This document shows positions 63,367 to 64,000 of a stretch of 64,000 nt of DNA, piece after piece. Position 1 is the stretch's first letter. Every line of letters begins with the position of its first letter. Below the pieces are notes generated by a model. It was not told the DNA's origin. It saw only the letters and a program-made list of their open reading frames with translations, and ran no database searches. Position numbers and translations under genes: made by a program. The stretch spans positions 154,244 to 218,243 of the forward strand of contig MCFE01000032.1 in NCBI GenBank assembly GCA_002104905.1, written 5' to 3'. The stretch comes from Basidiobolus meristosporus CBS 931.73 (taxonomy: Eukaryota > Fungi > Basidiobolomycota).

Positions 63367-64000
63367 CCCTATGAAAAATAATTTGGTTCCATATGTGGAT
63401 CCAATCTAGATCAGCCGTACAGATCCCATTAAGAGACCATCAAAATACCCTCAACATGGAATTAGTAACACTCCTAATAATCTTATAATGGGATCATGAT
63501 AGTGTTTTGCTAATTTACAACCAAACAAAGGGATAAAACTTGACAATATCTTATTGGTGCTGTGACAATATTTGCATGGTATTGTTGTGGTCTTTCAGCG
63601 CTCTATAACTATTTTAGGTGGATCCAGTTAGCCAGAACATGCAATTGCCTTATATGGCAAGAAACTTGGCAGTATTTTGACAGCCACACAGCAAGACTCT
63701 GATGGCATTATACCAGCAGTATGACAGCCTACTGCTGGCTCTGTATAATGCTATTGTACCAATTGACCAAATGGTATTTCCTTTTTCTACCTCCCCTTGT
63801 GCAACTCATATATTCCACTGTAGAATAACCCCCTCTTTATTTTGCCTACACACTACTACCTTGGGTATTCCACATATAGTCTGAATCAAAAAATACTATG
63901 GCCTGCTGCTTACCAACCATCTACAAACATGCACACTTGCTGCAATTGACATACTTCTATAACCTCAACTTTGCAGCTTTTTAGTGTGATATTTTCAAAG
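63367..64000 (-). mobile_element. Second element X copy (terminus plus transposase 3' region), inverted, runs off the window
   Basis: CCCTATGAAAAATAATTTGG at 63367, immediately after the ACVNSC codons; homologous to 13095-13600. Confidence 0.7.

Overview
Eukaryotic DNA, most likely from an intron-rich early-diverging fungus (Zoopagomycota/Mucoromycota-like; inferred from protein style and ~55-90 bp GT-AG introns). The window has two sharply different parts. (1) 1-12.2 kb is gene-dense with normal CpG content: a convergent pair of small RING-H2 E3 ligases, SEC1, an alpha/beta hydrolase, Cu/Zn SOD1, and head-to-head LEO1 and MED10. (2) ~12.5-64 kb has no recognisable host gene and is almost CpG-free. 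It is a nest of transposons: a ~4.7-kb Ty1/copia family (349-bp LTRs, half-tRNA-type PBS; one full copy with TSD), at least three Ty3/gypsy families, several solo LTRs with verifiable TSDs, a CACTA/EnSpm-like element with CCCTATGAAAAAT termini and divergent ORFs, two 732-bp near-perfect palindromic MITEs with 3-bp TSDs, and fragments of a longer element sharing the MITE termini and carrying an unidentified >600-codon decayed ORF. The best candidates for novelty are a ~440-aa unknown extension fused in frame to a gypsy integrase and the AGACTTGTTCC-terminated MITE plus long-element pair. All alignments and reconstructions were done by eye; no database searches were run.
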